A stretch of 63,913 nucleotides of DNA, the filler included, from Octopus bimaculoides (lineage: Eukaryota): assembly GCF_001194135.2 (NCBI RefSeq). It is 6 parts of 5 records of this genome, joined end to end, with 100 filler letters (N's around TTAATTAATTAA, not from the genome) between each part and the next. Parts side by side here need not be neighbours in the genome. Positions count along the whole stretch, not along the records: positions 1 to 8,303 come from NC_069000.1; positions 8,404 to 14,572 come from NC_068996.1; 4 more parts are not named here. One strand, written 5' to 3'. Positions 1-11,103 of this stretch are shown here, in pieces. The notes beneath the pieces are model-generated. The model saw only the letters and a program-made list of their open reading frames with translations. It had not been told where the DNA came from and did not search any database. Numbering within the stretch: the first letter of the stretch is position 1; each line of letters starts with the position of its first letter. The translations under genes and the position numbers were made by a program.

Positions 1-31
<31 letters not shown>

Positions 32-1139
32 GTATGCATATATATGTATATATGTATATATATACACGCATATACATACACATAGATATATAGGTATATA
101 CACATACATATTTCTTACACACTCACACATATAATACTCGCATACATAAATATATACGCAGATACATACAAACATATACACATACATACGCAAACATACA
201 TACATGTATACATACATAAATACATTCATACAGAAATGCATACATGCGTACATATATGCATATATAAATGCATACAAACATCTGTACATACATACGTACA
301 TACATACATACATATGTATATTTATGTGTTCATATGTGTATAATTCGTACTTCTGTTTCCTTGTGTGTGTGTGTGTGTGTTTGTGTGTATACATTTGTAT
401 TTATTCATGCGTCTATGTCTGCCCATCTGTGTGTCTGTGTATGTATTCCTGTATGTATGACATGACCTTTGTGCCCACCCCCTATCTTCTATTTTAAACC
501 CCCATTTTTCACACGCTCTACCTCATCTGACGTAATTCTTTTTGATGCATTCATATCAAAGGGAAACGATGTGATAGCTTTTTTCGAGAAATATATACAT
601 ATACGCAGACACACACATATATATATGTGTATATATGGATATATATATATATATATATATCCAATATTTATGCATATATTGATGTTTATATGCTTAACTA
701 TATGTGTGGATACGAAAGTGTGTATATGTGTACATACGAATATTTATATGTATGTATATATACATATATATATAAACATAACATTTGGAGATATGCACAT
801 TCATTCACTCACAAAGGCATGCAAACACTCGTGCACACACACGAACACACACACATACCTGCATATGTAACTTGTTATTTTTACATACATATTTACACAC
901 GTATTCATTGATCCGCTTATCAACACAGAAGTAGGAATGAATATATATATATATACCTATGTATACATATATACATAAACATACATATATATATGTATAT
1001 ATATATATATATGCATATGTATGTTCTCGCCTTTCTATATTTAGACCTTTCTCAGTCATTCATATTTCTTTTTGTGCTTGTAGGACTTCATTACCCGGGA
1101 AAGTCTGCTTCTATTTCTAGCTGATTGTTGAACGACGCA

Positions 1140-1270
1140 GAGCGGAGATGGCCAATATATGGCGCATGCGCCAAAAGTGTCGCATTGACGGATTAGTGAT
1201 GCTGCATTGCAAACCCCTCCATGTTTGTTCGATATATTTTGACGATCGTTCAATCCCAAGATGGCAGACG
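1140..1270. promoter_or_regulatory. Candidate CpG-rich Pol II promoter (CCAAT, NRF1-like palindrome, CRE half-site, YY1-like motif)
   Basis: Non-repetitive GC/CpG-rich island in AT-rich DNA. CCAAT 1152-1156; perfect palindrome GGCGCATGCGCC 1161-1172; TGACG 1186-1190; CAAGATGGC 1257-1265 overlapping an ATG in strong Kozak context. Confidence 0.45.
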
Positions 1271-1851
1271 AGACCTGTCCATGGCAAGATTTCGATCGTC
1301 AGTTTACAGTTGACACCTCTAAGTTTCGGAGTTGTATTTTGAGCTGTCATTTATGAACGTTTGAAAATTCTAGAAAATTAAGCCTTTTTTTTTTTTACTT
1401 TGCCGACAAGAAGAAAAAGAATCTGCTCAAAAGAGAAACAGGAAGTTAGAATAAACGTGAATTCAACGAAGGAACAAAATATGCTAATATTTACGATGAG
1501 TCTTACCGTTGTGTGTTGTTTGTAGAACAAGTTTATTACGTTATCAAAGACATGATCTTAATAGACACTGCAAAGAGAAACGTCTGAGTGAAAATGTAGA
1601 ACAGGTGGAAAAAACTGAAGTTGAAGCTTGTATTTGCGTTACAGTAAGAATACTCGATTAAGAAAAGGAAGAAATCAAGCGAAGAGAATAAGAATATTTG
1701 GTTAAGGAATTCATGAGGAAGTTTGGTATTGAAGGAAGCGTCATATGAATTTGCTTTTGCGTTTGCCAAAAACACCGAAGTTTTTTCTCTGATGAAGACA
1801 TAAAATAAATAAATAAATGCAAAGTCTTGTCTCCTGATACTTGTACGATGC

Positions 1852-1923
<72 letters not shown>

Positions 1924-2787
1924 NNNNNNNNNNNNNNNNNNNNNNNNNNNNNNNNNNNNNNNNNNNNNNNNNNNNNNNNNNNNNNNNNNNNNNNNNNNNN
2001 NNNNNNNNNNNNNNNNNNNNNNNNNNNNNNNNNNNNNNNNNNNNNNNNNNNNNNNNNNNNNNNNNNNNNNNNNNNNNNNNNNNNNNNNNNNNNNNNNNNN
2101 NNNNNNNNNNNNNNNNNNNNNNNNNNNNNNNNNNNNNNNNNNNNNNNNNNNNNNNNNNNNNNNNNNNNNNNNNNNNNNNNNNNNNNNNNNNNNNNNNNNN
2201 NNNNNNNNNNNNNNNNNNNNNNNNNNNNNNNNNNNNNNNNNNNNNNNNNNNNNNNNNNNNNNNNNNNNNNNNNNNNNNNNNNNNNNNNNNNNNNNNNNNN
2301 NNNNNNNNNNNNNNNNNNNNNNNNNNNNNNNNNNNNNNNNNNNNNNNNNNNNNNNNNNNNNNNNNNNNNNNNNNNNNNNNNNNNNNNNNNNNNNNNNNNN
2401 NNNNNNNNNNNNNNNNNNNNNNNNNNNNNNNNNNNNNNNNNNNNNNNNNNNNNNNNNNNNNNNNNNNNNNNNNNNNNNNNNNNNNNNNNNNNNNNNNNNN
2501 NNNNNNNNNNNNNNNNNNNNNNNNNNNNNNNNNNNNNNNNNNNNNNNNNNNNNNNNNNNNNNNNNNNNNNNNNNNNNNNNNNNNNNNNNNNNNNNNNNNN
2601 NNNNNNNNNNNNNNNNNNNNNNNNNNNNNNNNNNNNNNNNNNNNNNNNNNNNNNNNNNNNNNNNNNNNNNNNNNNNNNNNNNNNNNNNNNNNNNNNNNNN
2701 NNNNNNNNNNNNNNNNNNNNNNNNNNNNNNNNNNNNNNNNNNNNNNNNNNNNNNNNNNNNNNTATATATATATATATATATATATAT

Positions 2788-3181
2788 GTGCCATGCTGGA
2801 GCATCGTATTGAAGAATTGTTAGTAGATTTAATTGACTCCTGTACTTAGTTTTGCGTTAAGCTTGGTACTTATTCTATCGGTTTCTTTCGCTGAACAGCT
2901 AAGTCAGGAGGACGTAAATACACCAACACCAGTTGTAAGGCGGCAGTGGGAGACAAACACAGACACAAAGACATACACACATGCACACACGCACGCACAC
3001 ACACAAGTATATGTACGATGGGCTTCTTTCAGTTTTCGTCTACCAAGTTCTCTCACAAAGTTTTCGTCGAGCGTGGGGTTATGGTAGAAAACATTTGCCC
3101 AAGGTGCCACGCAGTGGGATTGAACTCAGAACCATATAACTTGGAAACAAGTTTATTATAACACAGCCACGCTTGCACGCC
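2788..3181 (-). mobile_element. tRNA-derived CORE-like SINE, family A
   Basis: Reverse complement of the family A consensus: head with A/B boxes, GGCACCTTGGGCAA motif, internal CA tract, CCAGCATGGC tail. Confidence 0.85.
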
Positions 3182-3749
3182 GATTCTAGAAAACGAAATT
3201 TCTAATCAGGTTCTGCACTTAAAAAGAAAAAAAAGAAACAGAGTGAATTTGCTGACGGCTATTATGTGACTTTTAGAAAATATTAGATTATTGCGAGAAG
3301 AATAAAGTCAATGTCGTTTTCGTGATTTTGGTAAAGATGATGACTGCATCATGTTTATCTGCATACTTGCGTAAAACCCATTTTCATTTAGTGAACAAAG
3401 AATTATGAAAATACTTAGTAGCATGCAAACAACTTATTGGCTCGAAAACAAATTCATTTTCAATAATGAATTTGTTGGGCTTTTCTCAAATCCGAATGCT
3501 GTCAGTACCCTGTAAACATTTTTCAAAATTAATGAAATTCGCCCAGAGTTACATCTGTCATTTTCGGAATGATGAAGAAACGTGAACAAACATTTTTATT
3601 CATGAAACTGATAAAAATACAGAGCGACATCGAAACTGACTGATTAAAATTTGAAGAATTTTCTGCCGCTCTTAGCAACCAATTTAATTCCAAACATTAA
3701 AAGCTTGTTGAAACCAGACTCAAACATCTTATAATAGTTAGAAATATTT

Positions 3750-3918
3750 GCAGGAATGGCCGTGTAGTTAACACACTCGCTTTGCAACTATGTGGTTTGG
3801 GAGTTCAGTTCCATTGCGTGGCGCCTTGAGAAAACACCTTCTGCTATAGCCCAGTGCCAGTCAATGCTCCGTGAGTGAATATGGATGTTGGAAACTGTGT
3901 GAAAGCCCGTCACATATA
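3750..3918 (+). mobile_element. SINE family A, 5' half, diverged
   Basis: caggaatggccgtgtag...gttcagttccattgcgtggcgccttgag...gaaagcccgtc. Confidence 0.7.
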
Positions 3919-3974
3919 TATTTTCTCTCTCTCCGTGTGTTTTTCGTTCTCTCTTCGTATTTCCCCTCTTAATC

Positions 3975-4010
3975 CTTTCTATCGAAGAGCGTAGGCTCGA
4001 AACGTCAAAG
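3975..4010 (+). ncRNA. Minimal type I hammerhead-like motif with altered core (PLE-type)
   Basis: CTTT-[CTATCGA]-A-GAGC gtag GCTC-GAAACGTC-AAAG. Stem I 4 bp, stem II 4 bp, ACGT palindrome, GTC site. Two changes relative to CTGANGA. Confidence 0.45.
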
Positions 4011-5159
4011 ACTCTTCCATTCTTTCTGAGCATTAAACTAATACATCTGCTTGTTGTTCCTTCACCTGTCTTAGTCTTTTGTTTTCTCTAAATTTGAACT
4101 GTATATATATATATATATATACATATATAAGACCCCAGGTTTGGGATCTGGCCTGGATATTGAAAAGGTTGAGAACCACAACTCCAGATGCGTTCCAATC
4201 TTGACCATCACGTCGAATTCTAAAGTTATAATTTTTCTGATGTTGTAACCGTCTTTATTTAACAATTTTTATGTCAATTCATCTAAGACTGCCTCTGGTT
4301 CTATAATAAAAAATCTTTCTGTTTCAAAGTGATTTAAATTAAAACTCTCCATGAAAATTTCATCAATTTATTTTCCAAACACCAGTGTAATAATGACAAA
4401 GTGATTCTACTAAATTCTTCATTATTTACAAAATTAATTGAAACAGTCAGTGTATTTCAACAGGAATGTGGTAACTAAAGGCCTAAAACACTAGAGTGAC
4501 ATTCTAAGATGATTAAGAAAAACTAGCTAAGACAAAAAAGGCGTTCCAATCGTAACCATCACACTGCATTTGAGAGATTTAATTTATTTCCTGATGTTGT
4601 ATCTGTCTTTATTTAAGAATCTAGGGTAACATTCTAAGGTGATTAAGAAATGCCATTTTAACCAGGTTAAATAACTGCGAAATGTCTTTCTCTCGTTGAC
4701 TCCATTTTGTATCATTTTCAACGTTAGTTTCATAGTTTTTATTTTAGCGAAGAATTCGTCTATCTTAAGGCGCTGAATCATAAAGATTCTTTGCGAAAAA
4801 GGTTACCGGTGTCGAACTGTGCAAATTGCAGCCATTGTCATTGCTAAGGAAATTGGTTGAAGATTGAATAGGAATTAACTTAGGAACACGGCGGCTATAA
4901 ACGATTGCATATGTGGCTCGCTTAAAAATAGGGTCTCGCAAAATTGTGTAGAAGTGGAGATCAAAGCATAAGCAGTACTTTGAGTAAGCGCCTTCAATGA
5001 TAACCTTGTGACCTTATGAGTGGAATTTGGGAGACGGAGACAGCGTAAAAGCCTGCTGTGAAGTTTAATATATACACACACACAAACACACACGCATATA
5101 TATATAGAGAGACACAAATATGCATATAGATACACGTACACATATTTATTAGTTTCAAA

Positions 5160-5356
5160 TTTTGGCACAAGGTCCGCAATTTTGGGGGCAGGGGGAAGTC
5201 GATTACTTCAACTTCCAGTACTCAGCTCGTACTTGTTTTATCGACCCCGAAAGGAAGAAAAGCAAAACCGACCTCAGAGAAGTATGAACGTAAAGACAGA
5301 CAAAATGCCGCAAAGCATTTTACCCGGCGTTCTAACGATTCTGCCAGCTCGCCCCT
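5160..5356 (-). mobile_element. tRNA-derived SINE, family B (short tail)
   Basis: Reverse complement of ggcgagctggcagaatcgttag...ggggtcgataaa...ccttgtgcc; abuts an (AGT)n tract. Confidence 0.8.
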
Positions 5357-5359
5357 TGA

Positions 5360-5397
<38 letters not shown>

Positions 5398-6541
5398 ATC
5401 CTCTCTAATATAGACAGAAGGAGTAAAATTTGAGGAGAGTTCGACGGTCCCTATCTGAAAGTTTTGGTTTTCTTCCGGAGTTTTGCTTCGACGAGGAGGT
5501 TTTTCCCTCTTTCTCAAAGGCTGTACATACACTTCTCTCTGTGTATTTGCTTTTGTGTTTGTCTTCAACAACCGCTTTGGCAAACCGGTGTAGGCCTGTT
5601 TACGTCCTTGCTATTCAGTGGTTCGGCGAAAGGGACTGATTGAATAAATACCAAACTTTAAANNNNNNNNNNNNNNNNNNNNNNNNNNNNNNNNNNNNNN
5701 NNNNNNNNNNNNNNNNNNNNNNNNNNNNNNNNNNNNNNNNNNNNNNNNNNNNNNNNNNNNNNNNNNNNNNNNNNNNNNNNNNNNNNNNNNNNNNNNNNNN
5801 NNNNNNNNNNNNNNNNNNNNNNNNNNNNNNNNNNNNNNNNNNNNNNNNNNNNNNNNNNNNNNNNNNNNNNNNNNNNNNNNNNNNNNNNNNNNNNNNNNNN
5901 NNNNNNNNNNNNNNNNNNNNNNNNNNNNNNNNNNNNNNNNNNNNNNNNNNNNNNNNNNNNNNNNNNNNNNNNNNNNNNNNNNNNNNNNNNNNNNNNNNNN
6001 NNNNNNNNNNNNNNNNNNNNNNNNNNNNNNNNNNNNNNNNNNNNNNNNNNNNNNNNNNNNNNNNNNNNNNNNNNNNNNNNNNNNNNNNNNNNNNNNNNNN
6101 NNNNNNNNNNNNNNNNNNNNNNNNNNNNNNNNNNNNNNNNNNNNNNNNNNNNNNNNNNNNNNNNNNNNNNNNNNNNNNNNNNNNNNNNNNNNNNNNNNNN
6201 NNNNNNNNNNNNNNNNNNNNNNNNNNNNNNNNNNNNNNNNNNNNNNNNNNNNNNNNNNNNNNNNNNNNNNNNNNNNNNNNNNNNNNNNNNNNNNNNNNNN
6301 NNNNNNNNNNNNNNNNNNNNNNNNNNNNNNNNNNNNNNNNNNNNNNNNNNNNNNNNNNNNNNNNNNNNNNNNNNNNNNNNNNNNNNNNNNNNNNNNNNNN
6401 NNNNNNNNNNNNNNNNNNNNNNNNNNNNNNNNNNNNNNNNNNNNNNNNNNNGTATGTATGTATCTATCTATATATGAATATATGAAATGGTATGTGTTTG
6501 TTCTTGTAAAACTGTTTAAGTTTCTTTGAACAGGTTCAGAT

Positions 6542-6588
<47 letters not shown>

Positions 6589-6994
6589 GCCGCATATAAA
6601 TGCTCTCGCTCTCTCTCACACTCTCTCATACCGCACCCACCTCTCACACACCTATACCATCCAACTATTGTTTATAAACTATATATTGTCTATTTAATAA
6701 AAGAAAATCTGTTTGATAGCCTCGCTAGAGAAACATTTGCAATATAGAAATATCAAACATGGCGGATGGACAATAAATAAATAAATGAATAAATAAATAA
6801 ACAACCAAATAAGTAAACAAATAAAAAGAATCGATATGCGAGTAACACAACGAAATATAGGAATTGTTCATATTGATTTACATCTGAATGGCTTTTAGTT
6901 TCGATTTCTTTTATCGTATTTTAAAGTCATCGTTCTCATCGTCGTCGTCGTCGTCGTCGTTATCGTCGTCATCATCATCATCATCATCATCCTG

Positions 6995-7027
<33 letters not shown>

Positions 7028-7104
7028 GTCATCATCATCATGATGTCCATCATAATTCAATAATCTTATTGAAGAACAGTAGTTGTAATAATAATAGTAA
7101 TGGC

Positions 7105-7286
7105 TTCAGATTTTGGTACGGGAGCAGTAATTTTTCGACCCCAGAACTTCACTGGTAATTGTTTTATGGACCCTGATAAGATGGAAGGCAAACTCGACCT
7201 CGGCAGAATTTGAACTCATGGCTTAAAACCGGACGAAGTGTTGTAAGGCATTTTGTCTGACGCACTAACGATACTACCAACTCGCT
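7105..7286 (-). mobile_element. SINE family B, diverged
   Basis: Reverse complement carries gagttcaaattctgccgaggtcgagtttgccttccatc. Confidence 0.75.
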
Positions 7287-7321
7287 GTTTTGACAACAAC
7301 AACAACAATAATAATAATAAT

Positions 7322-7615
7322 GTCGAGAGATATGACAGGTAAGCTTGGGAAGTTAAGCAGTTGTGGTCGATGAAAAAGGTAGTGGTAGTACCAGTAATTG
7401 TCGGAGTTCTGGGAATAGTGAACAAAAATCTTGAGAAGTACGTGGAACAAATTGGAGCTGCAATAAGGGTGGAGCACTTGCAGAAAACAGCACTGCTTGG
7501 AACCGTTCGAATACCCCGGAAGGTGATCGAAAAATAAGAGGTGTTACCTTAGTTCACTGGTAGCAAACAGCTGACACCGTAGTACATCTCCAGCGTTAGA
7601 AGCTGTTCAAAGGCG
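7322..7615 (+). mobile_element. 5'-truncated R4/Dong-clade non-LTR retrotransposon (C-terminus of restriction-like endonuclease plus 3' UTR)
   Basis: Frame 7322-7537 reads VERYDR*AWEVKQLWSMKKVVVVPVIVGVLGIVNKNLEKYVEQIGAAIRVEHLQKTALLGTVRIPRKVIEK*, matching the R4/Dong pattern KYxDLxxExxxLW...VPVxxGALG...LQKTALLGTxRILR. (AAT)n on both sides. Confidence 0.8.
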
Positions 7616-7626
7616 ATGACAATAAC

Positions 7627-7680
<54 letters not shown>

Positions 7681-8347
7681 CAAAAACGTAGAAGCTATAC
7701 CTGGATCCTCAATACTACATGCTATAAAAAATAGTCCTGCTAGGAACAACAGCCCACATCCTACGCGAGACTATCAATTCAATAATACAACCCAAACAAA
7801 ACAATCCACTAACAGAAGACACATTCTAGATAGAAAATATTCAATAAAATAAACAACCACCAGCAAGCTAGATGCGCAACGCATTACACACACAACGCAC
7901 AATACAAAACACTAATACAACAAAAAATTGCATGATACTCCGTAAAAAAAAAGAAATTGACGTAATACAATACCGAGAACAATACCAACAACAAAAAAAC
8001 GAGGACAATGATGCACCACCCCCAATAACACGGAGGTGTAGCAGGTGATGTAGTAGAAATTTGCCTGAAACTACCAAGTGTTGAATATGATGTGGTAGTG
8101 GTGGTGGTAGTGGTCGTGGTGGCGGCGGCTAATGTTAAGGTATGTTAAGGGATTCGGTGGGCTGGTCGTTAAATCAAAACAAAATATAGGAATTGTTTAT
8201 ATCGGTTTACATGTGAATCGCTTTTCATTTCCGATATCTTTTAGTGTAGTCCATCGTCATAACGAGCAACACCACCACCACCACCATCACAACCAGCACC
8301 ACCNNNNNNNNNNNNNNNNNNNNNNNNNNNNNNNNNNNNNNNNNNNN

Positions 8348-8359
8348 TTAATTAATTAA
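8348..8359. other. Artificial scaffold linker TTAATTAATTAA inside N gap (also 14617, 25197, 56284, 61482)
   Basis: Identical palindromic 12-mer with stops in all six frames, always centred in a gap of about 100 nt. Confidence 0.9.
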
Positions 8360-9337
8360 NNNNNNNNNNNNNNNNNNNNNNNNNNNNNNNNNNNNNNNNN
8401 NNNATATATATATATATATATATAAACAGATAGGCATATATTCCTATATATGTATCACTGTACCTATCTATGTGTGTGTATGTGTATATGCCTGCGCGCG
8501 CGCGAATGCGTGTGTAATTTAAAAAATTTTTCTAAAATGAGCATATTTTCCATATTTTTTTCTAATGAATTTCAACAACTAGTATGAAAGTAAAACTAAA
8601 TTGTCTTTCTGACCTCTTGAAGACCTTACGTTGAATGCTAACCTAAACCGAGCCTGTTAAAGGTCGTGTGAAACTCGACACTCAACATAACAGTGAAGTT
8701 GAACTTTTCAACGACAGGAGTTAAGATAAAACATGCTTCCTCCGAATTCCAATGATTTGACACTTAGATTACGCTGACATACATTTCTACGTATTCGGTT
8801 ATTAGACAAAAAATAAATAAATAATAAATTTAAAAAAAAAAATCTATGTACAAAAAAGAAAAAAAGGTTTCATCGAACACGATAAATAACAACTGGATAA
8901 GTAGATAAATAAATGAATATAGAAAGATATCACTAAAAAACAAAATTACAAAACGAATCTGTTTAGACTCTTTCCTGATATATAGCTCATTCTTAGAACA
9001 ACTGATGTAAATTGTTTATATTTCTTAGTTATGCTAGTTTCATCAATTCTAAGATTATTGTTTGGTAAAAAAAAAAAAAGATGAAATTTATAAAAATAAA
9101 TTAGATTGAGAATCTGCAGATGAAAGTTTGATAGGCCATACCGTCCTATAATCTCAATATGACGGCTGGTGAGGAAACAATCAATGGACGTGTATACTGA
9201 CTATGAGTCGTAGCCTAAAGGGGGGAAAATGTTGACTGGATTGGTAAACATCATTTTTTGTCGACTGGTTGGATACACTCAACATTTAGATTAGATAATG
9301 ACTCGATAAACGTTGTCACTTAGAGTGTTAACAGGAT

Positions 9338-9475
9338 AAAAGAGCCTGGCGAGATGGCAGAATTGTTAGAATGCTGCGAGCAAAACGCTCAGCGGTTTTA
9401 TTTCGTCCGTCTTGATGTTCTAAGTTCAAATTCCACCGAAGTCGACCTTGTCCTTTATCCTTCTAATGTCGATAA
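9338..9475 (+). mobile_element. SINE family B, truncated
   Basis: ggcgagatggcagaattgttag...gttcaaattccaccgaagtcgacc. Confidence 0.75.
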
Positions 9476-9500
9476 CATTTATTATTATTATCATCATTAT

Positions 9501-9700
9501 TAAGGCGGCGAGCTGGCAGAAACGTTAGCACGCTGGACGAAATGCCTAGCAGTATTTCACACGTCGCTACGTTCCGAGCTGAAATTCCGCCAAAGTCGAC
9601 TTCGCTTTTTATTCTTTCAGGGTCGATACATTAAGTGCCAGTCAAGTACGACCAACTAAACCCGTCCAATAATAACTTAGCTGGCCGAAACTTCGGAGTC
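9501..9700 (+). mobile_element. SINE family B
   Basis: aaggcggcgagctggcagaaacgttagcacg...gtcgacttcgc...gggtcgatacattaagtgccag; inserted directly after the ATT tract of the previous copy. Confidence 0.85.
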
Positions 9701-10608
9701 ACTGTTAATATTATTCTTGTAAAAGAATAGCTTATTTGGTCTCAACCAAACGAATTGAGTAATCGATCAATTTAATGTAAAACTGTTATTATAACAAAAA
9801 CAAACATTATATATATATATATNNNNNNNNNNNNNNNNNNNNNNNNNNNNNNNNNNNNNNNNNNNNNNNNNNNNNNNNNNNNNNNNNNNNNNNNNNNNNN
9901 NNNNNNNNNNNNNNNNNNNNNNNNNNNNNNNNNNNNNNNNNNNNNNNNNNNNNNNNNNNNNNNNNNNNNNNNNNNNNNNNNNNNNNNNNNNNNNNNNNNN
10001 NNNNNNNNNNNNNNNNNNNNNNNNNNNNNNNNNNNNNNNNNNNNNNNNNNNNNNNNNNNNNNNNNNNNNNNNNNNNNNNNNNNNNNNNNNNNNNNNNNNN
10101 NNNNNNNNNNNNNNNNNNNNNNNNNNNNNNNNNNNNNNNNNNNNNNNNNNNNNNNNNNNNNNNNNNNNNNNNNNNNNNNNNNNNNNNNNNNNNNNNNNNN
10201 NNNNNNNNNNNNNNNNNNNNNNNNNNNNNNNNNNNNNNNNNNNNNNNNNNNNNNNNNNNNNNNNNNNNNNNNNNNNNNNNNNNNNNNNNNNNNNNNNNNN
10301 NNNNNNNNNNNNNNNNNNNNNNNNNNNNNNNNNNNNNNNNNNNNNNNNNNNNNNNNNNNNNNNNNNNNNNNNNNNNNNNNNNNNNNNNNNNNNNNNNNNN
10401 NNNNNNNNNNNNNNNNNNNNNNNNNNNNNNNNNNNNNNNNNNNNNNNNNNNNNNNNNNNNNNNNNNNNNNNNNNNNNNNNNNNNNNNNNNNNNNNNNNNN
10501 NNNNNNNNNNNNNNNNNNNNNNNNNNNNNNNNNNNNNNNNNNNNNNNNNNNNNNNNNNNNNNNNNNNNNNNNNNNNNNNNNNNNNNNNNNNNNNNNNNNN
10601 TATATATT

Positions 10609-10992
10609 GAGTGGGTTTGTGGTAAGAAGCTTGCTTACAAACCACATGGTTCCTGGTTCAGTCTCACTGTGTAGCACCCTGGGCAAATGTCTTGTATTAT
10701 AGCTTCGGGCCGACCAAGGCCTTGTGAGTGGAGTTGGTAGACGGAAACTGAGAGAAGCCCGTCGTATATATGTGTTTGTGTATGTATATACGTGTGCATG
10801 TCTGTGTTCGTTCCCCACTATCACTTGACAACCGATATTGGTGTGTTTCTGTACCCGTAACGTAGCGGTTCGGCAAAAAAGACCGATAGAATAAGTACCA
10901 AGCTTACAAATAATAAGCCCTGGGGTCGATTTGTTGTACTAAAGGCATTGCTCCAGCATGACCGCATTCAAATGCCTATACAAGTAAAAGAA
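10609..10992 (+). mobile_element. SINE family A, near full length
   Basis: Head, CORE-like motif, internal TA/TG slot, ctggggtcgat...ccagcatg tail ending gtaaaaga. Confidence 0.9.
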
Positions 10993-11103
10993 TATATATA
11001 TGTATGTGTGTGTGTGTATGTATATTGCGTTTGCAGGCAACTGCTAGATACCACATTGATTTTGAATGAAGTTGGCAGAAAGGAAGGGTAAAGATAAGAT
11101 GTT

